Source: Neoechinorhynchus agilis (lineage: Eukaryota; Animalia; Acanthocephala). Taken from it: DNA of 64,000 bases. Positions 1-11,473 of this stretch are shown here, one piece after another. Position numbers and translations under genes: made by a program. The notes under the pieces were generated by a model. That model was not told the origin of the DNA. It made no database searches and saw nothing but the letters and a program-made list of their open reading frames with translations. Location: positions 5,517,489-5,581,488 of the forward strand of contig CM121342.1 in NCBI GenBank assembly GCA_051530055.1, given 5' to 3'. Position 1 is the first letter of the stretch. The number at the start of each line of letters is the position of its first letter.

Positions 1-189
1 AGAGCACTCGGGGAGCAATAGTTTTTTTAATCTTGCAATAAACCGATCTCTGGTTTGAAGAGTCCTACCCTTTTCAGTGAATTTTTCTCCATTATTAAAT
101 GTCATATAATTTCCCAATGATTGTCTTCTGAAATTATGTCTTCGAAATCAATCGGATTCTGCAAAAAAACCAATTCAATGTTCAAACCA

Positions 190-860
190 TCTCATTTCCT
201 CGCTCTCCACCCTACAAATCTTTTGAGCTAGTCCCCCACATTTCCAAACGCAATCTTATCCCCGCGCCTCTCCCTCTCAACATCCAACGCTCTTCTTCTC
301 TCCGAATACTGGGCCTGATTTTCCACGAAAACCTTAAATGGGATGTCCTCATTTACACTCTCTAAAGCAAACCCTCGTCTTTAGCTTCTCAAACTCCTCC
401 GGCGTCTCGGGGTATCCCCTAAACACCTTGAGCACTTTTATCTTTCTGCCATCCTTTCTATCCTTACGCTTTCCCCACTTTCCACTCCGTCAATGCTCTC
501 CATTCCCTCGAAACCTTCCACAAGAGAGCGAGAATATTCGGGACTTCACTCCCTCCCCTCGACGCCCAGCACTCCATTTTCTCCGAAAACGCCCTCGGTC
601 AACCCCCTCCACAACTTTTTTCATCCTCCCCTCGCTCGTGCCACCCTCTACCAAGAATCTTTCTTCCCCCAAGCCCAATATTTCCTTAATAACCGGAGAA
701 CAAGGAAAGACTCCTAATCGGTCATCTCCTGTAAAACTCCTTCAAAGACCAGTCCCACCTCCCTTGCCTTCAACATCCGTCATCCGGACACCTTTAAGCA
801 AAGATAGATGCTGGCAAGTGTGTGGATCGTTCTTTTCTTAAATTAATAAAACGTGTTTAT
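190..860 (+). mobile_element. Degenerate 3' end of an L2/CR1-like LINE ORF2
   Basis: Across stops and frameshifts it reads SSLRILGLIFHENLKWD...RL*LLKLLRRLGVSPKHLEHFYLSAILSIL...ARATLYQESFFP, resembling the post-RT tail of L2/CR1-type LINEs. Ends near AATAAAACGTGTT. Confidence 0.6.
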
Positions 861-889
861 ATTATATAAACACTTATAAAAACGTTCAT

Positions 890-1434
890 CTAGCAGAATT
901 TATCGATCACCAAACACGCAAATTCATCCTCAGACACTTCGGAATCCTCGATACGGCATTTCTGGTTCCATACGAAATTAAAGTTAGCTTTAATCAGTTC
1001 AATAGCTAACAAATGCTGACACAGCGGCTTAGATACCTTTCCCTTAGCGATCTGGGCATAGTCCTCACAAGTGCACATCCGACCACTTTGATCGTTCCAT
1101 ATACACGAATCATCATGTGTTTTAAAATTTAAATCATGCCATTCGTTCAAAACCAAATTGCTTGATTTACTCTTCAATCTTTTTAACAGTTTATTACGAT
1201 CTCGGCAAAGTTTTGCAGCTTGGTTCACGGTTTCACCTCCGTAGACTCTGTTCAATTGCGCTTCTCTCTCTCGGAGAGTGAGAGGCACAGTCTTCAATAC
1301 ATGACCATTAGACGCTCGGTCTCATTGCCGAGTCCCGGTGGATTACTGCTTTGTGTGGAAAAAATGATCTTTTCTAATCCAAGTCCCATAAATACGCTAC
1401 ATTTCCTCGGTCCTAACTCTGTATTATCGTCCAT
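890..1434 (-). CDS. ZSWIM7: SWIM zinc-finger protein, ZSWIM7/Sws1-like (2 exons inferred)
   Basis: CTCEDY...PLCQHLLAI fits the SWIM CxC..CxH pattern; small size. ATG at 1434 with a probable 38-nt phase-0 intron joining the ORF-track frame. Confidence 0.55.
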
Positions 1435-1529
1435 CAATGCGACTTCTCTGAAAATTTGGAATACAGAAAAAAATCAATGTGTGGTAAGGAACAGTCATTT
1501 TATCAATTCAATCGGTTTTTTAAAAACGG

Positions 1530-1845
1530 CCTAAATAACAGCATAATCCTAAAAGTCTTATCATACATTACGATCTCGTTTTCTATGCCTTTTACGGCGA
1601 ATCAGGTCCCTCTCCTATTGTTCCATAATGCCCAATCTTTTCTAGGATATCTTTACTCGAAATGAACCTGAAGTAAGACCAGCGTCCCGACCGCCAAATC
1701 CCTCTCAAACGGACTTTTCCCGACAAGATCTTCTCACTCAAACAATCAACATCCGCATTCTTTGAACAAATCTCTAATGAAGAAGACCCAAAAGAAGTAT
1801 GGGTAATATCCTTTTTGGATTAAGAACAAATAAACGTGTTTTTAA
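1530..1845 (+). mobile_element. Second degenerate LINE-like 3' remnant
   Basis: Shares CCATA-TGCC-AATCTT...GAAATGAACCTGA and the terminal GGATTAAGAA-AAATAAACGTGTT with the element at 49.7-50.6 kb. Confidence 0.35.
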
Positions 1846-1924
1846 CACGAACTAAAGAACAATATATCCTTTGCTTCGAATCTCCTTTTTTGGTTTTAAA
1901 AATAGATACTTGGCCGGCCTAAGA

Positions 1925-2350
1925 ATAATCAATTCAAAAATGGGCATATTTCATAGTTTATGTTTCGCGAGCTGGTTACATTTTTTGCGCAGTGGTTCAA
2001 AACTCACACCAAAAAGAGGGTGAGGGAAGTGTCCAGCGATGTCCTCCTCCTCCTCGCAACCGTATATTTCAGGGTTTTTAGGCGTGATTTTATGCTCTTC
2101 CCTCGCTCTTTTTAGTGTGAGTTTTGAACCCAAGAAATCAGCCGCGTAGATAATGTAATCAATTCAAAAATGGGCATATTTCTTAGTTAATTTTTCGCGA
2201 GCTGACTACATTTTTTGCGCAGTCGGCTGATTTCTTGGACTCAACAAAACTCACACCAAAAAGAGGGTGAGGGAAGCGTCCAGCGACGTTCTCGAGAGGT
2301 ATCTAAAAATCCGGAGGGATTCATACAAACTCGCAGCCGTATATTTCAGG
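1925..2350. repeat. Repeat family A, about 2 units, inverted relative to the 25.2-26.3 kb array
   Basis: Near-identical reverse complement of the 25.2-26.3 kb units (AAAAATGGGCATATTTC, TTCAAAACTCACACCAAAAAGAG). Confidence 0.9.
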
Positions 2351-2660
2351 GTTTTTAGGTTAATGTTCAAACATTTTTATCCTCTGTTGCCTCGCGTATT
2401 CAGCATTCCCTTCCTTAATGGTTTACTACTAACCATTTTCGAAGATTTCTACGGCACTTGTTGGGAAATTTAGACCTTTCAGTGGCCTGATTCTTAAACT
2501 TTCACAAAGATTCCAGATTTCGTTTATGAGAGGTATCCAAGGACCCGTTTTGTTATTATGATGCCGATTTCTCACATTCGGAATCGTATTAAGTAGCACT
2601 TTTACTAAAAAAAACTCATATTCAATTTGATTAAATGTGAAACAGCAACGAAACGCCCCG

Positions 2661-5600
2661 TTACAAATCTGCGGTTTTTGGCCTTTTCCACTTGTCGATA
2701 TTAAGCAAATTAATCTTTAGCACTTCCTTTTTAATTTTTCGTGCAGTTCGTCCTCTGCGATGTTCTTTAATGTCCGTGTGGACGAACAACGAAGACATTT
2801 CAACGACTTTTCCATATTTATCTCGTAGTTGAACATGTCTATATCCTGTTTTTAGAATAAAATCTTACATATTCGTCTATCAATGAAAATACCAGGTCGT
2901 ATCAGTTTCACAGGTATCGAACTTCCGCTAATAATCACATTTCTATTCGTTTTAACCATGAAATGGACCGCGGACATGTCTGGATCCTTGATATTGATGG
3001 TCTTTTTCCAATTCCACGTTGGATTTAGCAAGTTATCGTTCACGCAAGGACTACGGTAACTTCTTCTTTCATTCCTACTATGAATCATAATATCGACAAA
3101 AACGCCAGTGAACGACCCGAGTTCTTTGTCTCTAAGTCCCATTCGGATCAAATTTTGTCCACTAATGAGCTGATATACGGAGTGGCTTATTCGATAAGGA
3201 AAGAAAAAAGTACCGTAATTTTAAAGATGGTATACTTGCTATCGTTTAAATCCGGTTTAAGAACGTAACCACAACCACCATTGTCAATGAAAAAGCCGTG
3301 GTTGCAAGCCATTTCTATCCCTGATTTTTGAAAGTTCAACGCCACTTTTTCAAGTAACTTTTTTATATTGAAACACTCTTGACCAATGCTCACCGAGTTG
3401 AAATCCACTTAACCAACAACTATAAGGATCAAAATTAACCGAAGAAAGTCTCAGTCCGGATGGGTAGACTCTTAAGAGGTATTTAGAGGTGTATTCCCTG
3501 ACTTTCTCGGTTTCATCCATTAATACAAATGCTTTTATCTCTTCCAAAGACGATGATTGGTTTACGGGTCCTGTGTGAGATAAAAATACAGTTTCTTCAA
3601 ATAGAAATTAGCCTCACTTTGCTCGGCTTTCTCGTCTATCGCTTTTAGGAGACATGTTTGGAGATGGATAATGTCCGCGAATTCAGGAATAACCACCTTC
3701 AACTTTTAGTTATCACGTTTCTAATGAGAAAATTTTGCTTGAAGAGTTCTACATGGAACGTTGGATCACAATATGAGGGACAGTGAAAACAATGAGCTCT
3801 ATTTAGTTCAGGTCTAATAAAATAACCTTTGAATTGTCGAAATCCCTAAAAAGTCTTGTTCTTAACAATTTTTGGTACTAAAGTGCTAATCAAATAGAAC
3901 AACTTCAAGCAAAACTTCCAACGATTTTTCTACTTACTGAATTTCTTTTTGGTATCGCTCGCGACTATACATAGCCTTCGTTTTTACAGAGACTAAATTT
4001 TTTACTCTTACGCGAATTAGAACTTTATAGACCAACTGAGCTGGCGATGGAAGCTTATCCACACCTTTAAATAACTGCATTGGAGCAAGAGAATCTATAA
4101 TGGAAGTTTTAGATTGGTGATGCACTTCATTTGTGCTAGAAATGATTTGCTTTTTATTTTTTATAAGCGTAAAACTTCCGATATTTCACGTTAAATAATT
4201 CCGTCACAAATCTAGTCGATCAGATTAATTTATAATTGCACAACTTGATAATGTCGGACCGGCGTGAAATATCGAGGAAATAAATTAGCTAAAATCCGAC
4301 TCGGTGCAGAAAGCCAAACTTCGATAATCTAGTTGGGAACTTCATTTGTCTCGTAAAAATCTCCGAAGAAAAAGGAATTTAAGTATCTGTTACGATTATT
4401 TGGGTCTTACCTCCAAAGACTTCTTTAATTGTATTCACCATAATAATTTGCATTGGTGCTCCACATGAATTTTCAATGTTTAATATTAGTGGGTACCTGG
4501 CAAAACGATATCGTTGAAAATCTTTTCGACGTGTTTTTTCCTCGATTACTTTGAACAAGTAAATGCGTTTTTCTTTATTGTTTCCAGAGTGTCCTTCAAT
4601 CCGATTGCATAAGCCTCTGTCAAAGTCTTCTTATGAAATATTTCTGGTTCACCAAAAGCTCCATCGTGTACATCGACTGTGATAAAAGATGAACATTTTG
4701 AGAGTATCGAATGATAACTCACGTTCAACACAACGGCAACCCATTAGAAGTGCTCGAGTATAGGCTTCCAAACAGACTTCTCCAATGAGCTGATCATCGA
4801 GTAGGTACCTTAAACTCACGTCTTTAATTTTGTTCATAAGAATTCGCGATCCCACGTATTATGAGATGTATTAATAAAGTAAAAGCAAAGTGGCTTAGTC
4901 ATGTCCTGGTAGACGTTTGTCGTCTTCTTATAGTCTACGATACAATGGCGTTTATCGACCAAAAGCATTTCGATACCTAAATAAGAAACCGATCTTAATA
5001 TAAAAAACATGGACCATTTCCTGGACACTTACCGTGAAGTCCAATCGATCCACGCGCAATAAGTTCATCGTCCGTCTCAAATTCGTCAATCATTTGTCGA
5101 CACTCAGCAATCGTGTACTCATCCTGTTAGTAAAAAAAGCATCTCCAAAATGAAAACTTAAAGGAATACCGTTAAAACATTCCTTATAAATGAAGCGAGT
5201 TCAATTGCATTGAGTCCTCTTTCAGTCATTGGAGAATACCTTTACACATACAACAAATGAAGAATTCAATGGCGCAAACCATGCTATTACCTTCGAACCA
5301 ATTCAGCTATGTCCTCTCGATGGGTCATTCTCTCGAAAAGAGCGAAAAATCCATTGCGATCAATAGATTTACTACGGTCGTCCAACTAAACATTCACCAA
5401 AAAATCAATCATGAAACCGCTCGTTAAAACCCGTTTTTCGAATAAAAACTCACTAATTGATCTTAAAACACAAATGACACTAAGAAGATCTAAAAATGAG
5501 ATTCACTCAAACAGCGACAAATGTAACTTGATTGCTTTTTAGCTACAAAAACCCTTCATAAAGCAAGCTAATCTTTTTTTGCCCCATTTTAAAACATATT

Positions 5601-6500
5601 TCTCTCCCCTATGGGATACTTGCATTGAATTCCTTTAAGAGTTGTTTCAAAGCAGCATTTCGTTCAATGTGCAAAGCGTCTAGAAGGCATTCGATTTCAT
5701 CATAACTCACATTCCCATCTCCATTGGTATCTGCGGCACGGAACTGTGATTCTAGCCATCTGAAATGACTTTACTTCGAACCGTTAAATCAGAAAACTGA
5801 CCTTCTTGAATGTTTATTTAGCTCGTTTTTACTTTCAGGGACAGACATTGTTCTCATCTGCATAATACGATCCAAAGCGCTGACACATATATCACGATCT
5901 TCCTCTGAACGAGCTAAGAAACTCATTGTTTTCTTGCCTCCTTTATAAATAATTGAAAATGCTCGGTTCTCCTATATAAACTTATAGAGTACGACAAATC
6001 ACTTACAAGAATAAATGAAAGTTACATCGTTAGGTCGTATAAGATTTAACCGCAAATTATCTTTATGAACTCGGTTTTCTAGTCCAGAACGAACTTCAGT
6101 CACTTCTCTTAAGTCAACTAAAGAAATGATTACTCCTGAGCAGTCCTATAATAAAAAGAATGTTGGTTTCAGATTTTCCTTAGTGTCCCACAAACTATTC
6201 AATGAAAAAAAACGCTAACGGTCGAGCAATACTCACCACCATAAAACAAAAAACCAGTATACCATTTAGATTTTCGGTCCAAATAAGTGTTCTTAGTATC
6301 GATCGAATAGCAATATGACCGTAGGATTCTGTAGTTTTCACACAATTGCAAGTAGATTCCGTGCTTCATGAGACCAATACACATGTCCGGATCGAGCTTC
6401 TCGTCCATTCCAGTAATTTCGACCGGTGAATACTAACGATGTTAACGTACGTTTGAGTATTCTAAGACTTCAGCAAAATGTGAGTAATTGAGTCGACTCA
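2661..6500 (-). CDS. PLC: Phosphoinositide phospholipase C (PH-EF-X-Y-C2, delta/PLCL-like layout), many short introns; 5' end approximate
   Basis: Spliced motifs TSHNT|YLLDDQL, GCRCVE|[30 protein letters not shown], and C2 end IRPG|YRHVQL. GT-AG introns verified at these junctions. Confidence 0.9.
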
Positions 6501-6699
6501 TTGAAGAGATAAAGAAAACACATGAAAGTCGACATTTGAACTTCTCTGAATCATACTCATAACAAGAAAAATACATTTTCAACGATTATTTCCTTGTTCG
6601 GATCGAGAAAACCAAGGTTGTACTATCAAGGCATCAAGGAAGAGACAAAAGAGAAATGTAAATTCACAAAACGGTTCGTCACCAAAAATGATTGATTAA

Positions 6700-7417
6700 G
6701 CAACGGTAGCGAAAACGAACCTTCTTCAAAGTCCCCTGAGCGACCGCTGGATATCTCGGATTCGTCAAGTCTTTTCGACCTGATCGCGTGATCTCGGATC
6801 CGATTCCTTGGAGATCCACATTGTCCACGGCAAAAACTAAAAGTTGAGATGATGGCAACGATTGAAGGTTGCAGCCATCGCCCAAGTCCATGTTTCCGTT
6901 GATTCTGGATCACCGCTGAGGATCCAGAAAAGTGCCTCCGGGCAACGGTCGCGAAAACGAACCCCCTTCAAAGTCCCCTGAGCGACCGCTGGATATCTCG
7001 GATTCGTCAAGTCTTTTCGACCTGATCGCGTGATCTCGGATCCGATTCCTTGGAGATCCACATTGTCCATGGCAAAAACTAAAAGTTGAGATGATGGCAA
7101 CGATTGAAGGTTGCAGCCATCGCCCAAGTCCAAGTCTCCGTTGATTCTGGATCACCGTTGAGGATCCAGAAAAGTGCCGCCTGGAAACGGAAGCGACAAC
7201 GAACCCCCTTCAAAAGTACCTTGAGCGACCGCTGGATATCTCGGATTCGTCAAGTTTTTTCGACCTGATCGCTTGATCTCGGATCCGATTCCTTGGAGAT
7301 CCACATTGTCCATGGCAAAAACTAAAAGTTGAGATGATGGCAAGAATTGAAGGTTGCAGTCATCGCTCGAGTCCAAGTCTCCGTTGATTCTGGATCATCG
7401 TTGAGGATCCAGAAAAG
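6700..7417. repeat. Tandem array, 242-243 bp unit, about 3 copies
   Basis: CGACCGCTGGATATCTCGG recurs at 6741, 6983 and 7226. The minus-strand translation contains ITRSGRK..PRY, a motif common after LTR-retrotransposon integrases. Confidence 0.9.
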
Positions 7418-7635
7418 CAGACCTGCTTGGCAACAATGAAGGGTTCAGCCGGCATAGGTCTGTTGGATAATCGTCTATTTTAGTTAATAGAATTCTACTG
7501 GACGCGGTCCGAGATTATTGTCCCATTATGACCATGAACCCCAAGGATGTTCGATTTAAAGACTAAGATTAAAAATATAATTTTTTTTATGTCGACAGAG
7601 TTCTTAAATGTGAGATCTTGATTGAGCTCAAGCAT

Positions 7636-8236
7636 TCATTTTCTCAGTACATAATGACTATTTTGTTGATTGAATTGATCATCGGAGCTACTAAATTCGA
7701 AAGTGTAATTAATGTAACAGAAAACGCCAATAAGCCAAATGAGAAACTGAATTTGGAAACCATTGGTTTTCATATGTTCCTCTTGTTGATTGTTTGAGAC
7801 TATTGGTTCCATTGATGAACGATTATGATTTGTTTTAAGGTCATTATTAACAGGAGATTGCCTCGTATTTTGTCGATGAACATTCATTGGCCTTCGATTT
7901 CTTGGACGATTTCGTCTATTTCCAAATCCACGTTTCTGATCATACGATCGTCTCTTTTCTTCGTCCATTAAAACTTTATAAGACTCATGTAACTCCACGA
8001 ACAATTTACTGGATCCGGATCGATCGACCGAAGTGTCCGGGTGGTACTGTTTAATTCAAGAATTCTCTCACAATCCACAAAAAATCGAGAACTCATGGAA
8101 TGGACAAGCGTTTGTAAGACGCTTTTATTTGATCTTTATCAGCTAAATGATGAACCCCAAGGATTTCATAGTGATCTCTTGCTGGTTGGCATAAATACCG
8201 ATAAAATCCAACCAACAATCTCGTCCGATCAATCAT
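7636..8236 (-). CDS. J-domain protein with C-terminal TM segment (DNAJC4/DNAJC30-like, probably mitochondrial)
   Basis: DHYEILGV...KASYKRLSI / YHPD...ESYKVLMDEEKRRSYD and a hydrophobic FLIWLIGVFCYI. One anomalous intron (see findings). Confidence 0.8.
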
Positions 8237-8424
8237 AATTGAGATTTTTACGATTTCTTTAACAAGTGCATTAAAAAAAGAGTTTCTTTCGCAAACTTAT
8301 GAGAAAAGTCTCTTAGACAACTGGATTTTGGTGATCGGAAATCGATTTAAGGGTTTAGTCAAGTTTATAATTTTTTTTTGAAACATAAAGTTAATTTTAC
8401 CGATTATGGAGCTCTGATTTTGTT

Positions 8425-8607
8425 GGCGCGAAGGAAAATTAAATGCTTTTTTTTCTAATCCGACTGATTTCAAAGGCGTACAACGCCCTTTGATCAAAGT
8501 TACGTGTAAGTTTTGAGGACTTTTACAGGTTGCAGTCCTAAAAACTTAGACGCAACCCTTTGAAATCAGTCGGGTTTTAAAAAAAGCATTTTAATTTTTC
8601 TATGTGC
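8425..8607. repeat. MITE-like imperfect hairpin between the divergent DnaJ and GINS2 genes
   Basis: CCGACTGATTTCAAAGG (about 8460) versus CCTTTGAAATCAGTCGG (about 8557), with outer AAAATTAAATGCTTTT / AAAAGCATTTTAATTTT. Confidence 0.6.
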
Positions 8608-8752
8608 CAGAAAAAAACAATCTATATCAACAAATCATAAATTTTTACCTCTTTTTATCACAATTACCGGCGTTTCCTTGACGGGGAAGTTCGTGTCAAA
8701 AATCGATGAGTTTACTCCTCCGCTCTCTCCCCCCCCCTCAAATCGCCCTCAG

Positions 8753-9316
8753 ATGAACGGCCGTGAAGTCGAGTTTCTGGCCGAGAATGAGATCGTCACT
8801 ATTATCCCGAATGTTACAATGGAGCCGATTGAACTTCTGACGATTGGTCTTGTAGGCCCGTTCGAGGCTGGCATTCCGATAAAATTACCACTTTGGGCCG
8901 CTTTAGCAATGAAATGTACCAATCGTTGTCAAATCTTACCACCGGATTATATTATGCCAAACAGCATTTATGATCTCCGTTCAATTGAAAATGAAAAGAC
9001 TGATCAACTCATACAACCAACTAATGAACATTTTGCTCAAATCGGCAAACTTCTTATAAAAAAAGCACCCAGTAACTTGATCCGTCCAGAATCCGTCAAT
9101 TGCGCAATCGAAGATATCTTGGACATGAGGAATTTTAAGATCAGTAAACGACTTAAGAGCGAAGTAAAGCGATTTACTGAAGATTGCCTTCCAGTGCTCG
9201 ATATCGGCTTTATCGGCAGGGGAGAAGTTCTGCAGTACCGTGAGATGATCTGTAAACAAATGGAAATGCTTTCTCGAATGGAAAATGGGTACAGAAATGC
9301 GAAGGAGGAAGAGTGA
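8753..9316 (+). CDS. GINS2: GINS complex subunit Psf2, intronless
   Basis: MNGREVEFLAENEIVTIIPN...GPFEAGIPIKLPLWAAL matches the Psf2 N-terminus; real start is the ATG at 8753. Confidence 0.95.
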   Translation: MNGREVEFLAENEIVTIIPNVTMEPIELLTIGLVGPFEAGIPIKLPLWAALAMKCTNRCQILPPDYIMPNSIYDLRSIENEKTDQLIQPTNEHFAQIGKLLIKKAPSNLIRPESVNCAIEDILDMRNFKISKRLKSEVKRFTEDCLPVLDIGFIGRGEVLQYREMICKQMEMLSRMENGYRNAKEEE

Positions 9317-9489
9317 AAGATGTGTACGCAATTTTGATATTGTTCAATTAATAAATTCAGAGTCAGAAGGCGGCGAGTCAGATGCACTTGAGTTACCTTC
9401 GGTTAGTCTTCAATGTAATCAAATCCAGCGAATTTTGGAGAGAACATGAGTTGTATGCGGTGTTAGTCTTCATCTCAAAAGTTTTTTAT

Positions 9490-10145
9490 TGACGAAATAC
9501 CCCGTGTTGAAGGGAGAACTCACTGATGAGTCCCTCCGCCTTCTCGGAGGTATCTGAGAATCCTGAGGGATTCTTACAAAAACTTATAACCGTCTACGGT
9601 CTTGGGGGCATTGAGCACGGACCAGCATCGTCCCAGACCAATGAATCGGCGATGGACTGTGAGTGTCCATTTGGCCGTGTTTGGATGTTGGGTCAAAGGG
9701 TTCGAATCCACGGTCGCCAAAGGGAGAACAATCAAAAGGAGACGAAATACCCCGTGTTGAAGGGAGAACTCACTGATGAGTATCTCCTCCGGACGAGGAT
9801 GTACAAACTTATAACCGTCTACGGTCTTGGGGGGCATTGAGCACGGACCAGCACCGTCCCAGACCAATGAATCGGCGATGGACTGTGAGTGTCCATTTGG
9901 CCGTGTTTGGATGTTGGGTCAAAGGGTTCGAATCCACGGTCGCCAAAGGGAGAACAATCAAAAGGAGACGAAATACCCCGTGTTGAAGGGAGAACTCACT
10001 GATGAGTATCTCCTCCTCGGAGGTATCTGAGAATCCTGAGGGATTCTTACAAAAACTTATAACCGTCTACGGTCTTTGGACATTGAGCACCGCCCCAGAC
10101 CAATGAATCGGCGATTGGACTGCGGGTGTCCATTTGGCCGTGTAT
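9490..10145. repeat. Repeat family B, 227-249 bp units, about 2.7 copies, followed by smaller duplications to about 10320
   Basis: GACGAAATACCCCGTGTTGAAGGGAGAACTCACTGATGAG recurs at about 9491, 9740 and 9967. Confidence 0.9.
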
Positions 10146-10596
10146 GGAAAGGATCTTAAACATATTCATCTCGAAAGTTTTTTAAATAAATCTTTAAGGG
10201 ATCACATCAATGAGTTTCCTCCCAGAAAATAATAGACGAGTTGTATGCGGTGTTAGTCTTAATCTCGAAGGTTTTTCAAATAAATCTTTAAGGGATCACA
10301 TCAATGAGTTTCCTCCTAGGAAATAATTCTATGTTTTGTGTAAAACGAGGTATGACGGCATTCTTGAACTCAACTTGGAAATATAGAGATCTACTTGGAG
10401 TAACGCTTTATGAAATCTTACAACGACGAATTTAATTTGCCGCAATCTCAAGAGCGACTGTTGATAGAGTTTTCATTAACGGATATTATCCGGTGAGAAT
10501 CAAAGTATCTAAGGAACTTTGTACTTTCTTATAAGCCATTATGTTTTTATCGCTCTACATTTACATTGTAATTTTATTTTTCAATCGGCACGAATC

Positions 10597-10720
10597 TTTT
10601 GTGCCGAACTCGGACGACGACTTGCAGCACAAACAGGGGAGCGAGAGGATTTTCCTGATCCAAAGAATAAGCCTCGCAATCCAACGAGGAAATGCGGTCA
10701 GCGTCCGGGGGACGATTTAA
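10597..10720 (+). mobile_element. C-terminal fragment of a CRE-like (RLE) non-LTR retrotransposon
   Basis: FCAELGRRLAAQTGERE (frameshift) LIQRISLAIQRGNAVSVRGTI*, homologous to the longer copy at 43.9-44.3 kb. Confidence 0.65.
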
Positions 10721-11473
10721 TCATCAACCAAATAAAAACTCGAGATTTGAAAAAAAATTTAAGAGTATTTGTTTCACCTTTAAATAGTCGATGGGATGAA
10801 ATAATTTTCATTTTGATGAAACAAGTTTAAATATCGGATATTAACTTTATCTTAATAATCATATAGGTTTTCAGGGAAGTTCAAATTGTTTGATATGTCG
10901 CGCATAGAGGAGAAATGTTAAGCTTTCGTATGCAAAAAGCTAAAAGTTGGGTTTTTGTAGGTTTTAATCGAAAAACCAGCGTTAGTTTACATTAAAATCC
11001 AATTTAATTCTTCTTGTTCTCCTATATTTCCCATTGAACACCGTAAAAATCCTCGTCTACTCGTTTCAAAGTATCTTTTTTTGCAAAGTTATCGCGTTTT
11101 TCATCTTTTATTCACTGGAATAAGCTTTGATTTGTTTTCCCCTTCACTTGCGTCCGGAGACTAATTTGAAATTTCATGGAGAATTGTATATTTATTTGGC
11201 GAGGATCTCAAAATCCAACAGCAAACAACTGCAGCATAGATCTGATCCTTCTCTCTAGATAAGGAAAACTTGAAATCAACGCTCAATATTTCGGTTTCCC
11301 TCAAATTCTGCATTTGTTCGTCAATTTCCTAAGCTCACATTGTTTCTCCTCAGCGAGGACCTCTTTTTGCCCTAATAAAAAACGCCAACGTACTCACTAA
11401 CGTCTTGCTCGTATTTCGCCCGTGTTTGTTTTATAGCAATTTTAGTTTAAAAAAACCCACCGATATTTCGAAG

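Noticed and set aside
1585-1596. GCCTTTTAC, the U5 snRNA loop 1 sequence
   Set aside because: No convincing closing stem or Sm site; it lies in LINE-like sequence.
6626-7376. ORF-track proteins in the 242-bp array (also those at 9526-10030 and 49616-50515)
   Set aside because: They are repeat-derived frames broken at every unit; no evidence of genes.
9690-9720. GGTTCGAATCC (tRNA B-box) in repeat B as a tRNA or SINE
   Set aside because: The A-box-like sequence is only about 14 nt upstream and no cloverleaf can be drawn.
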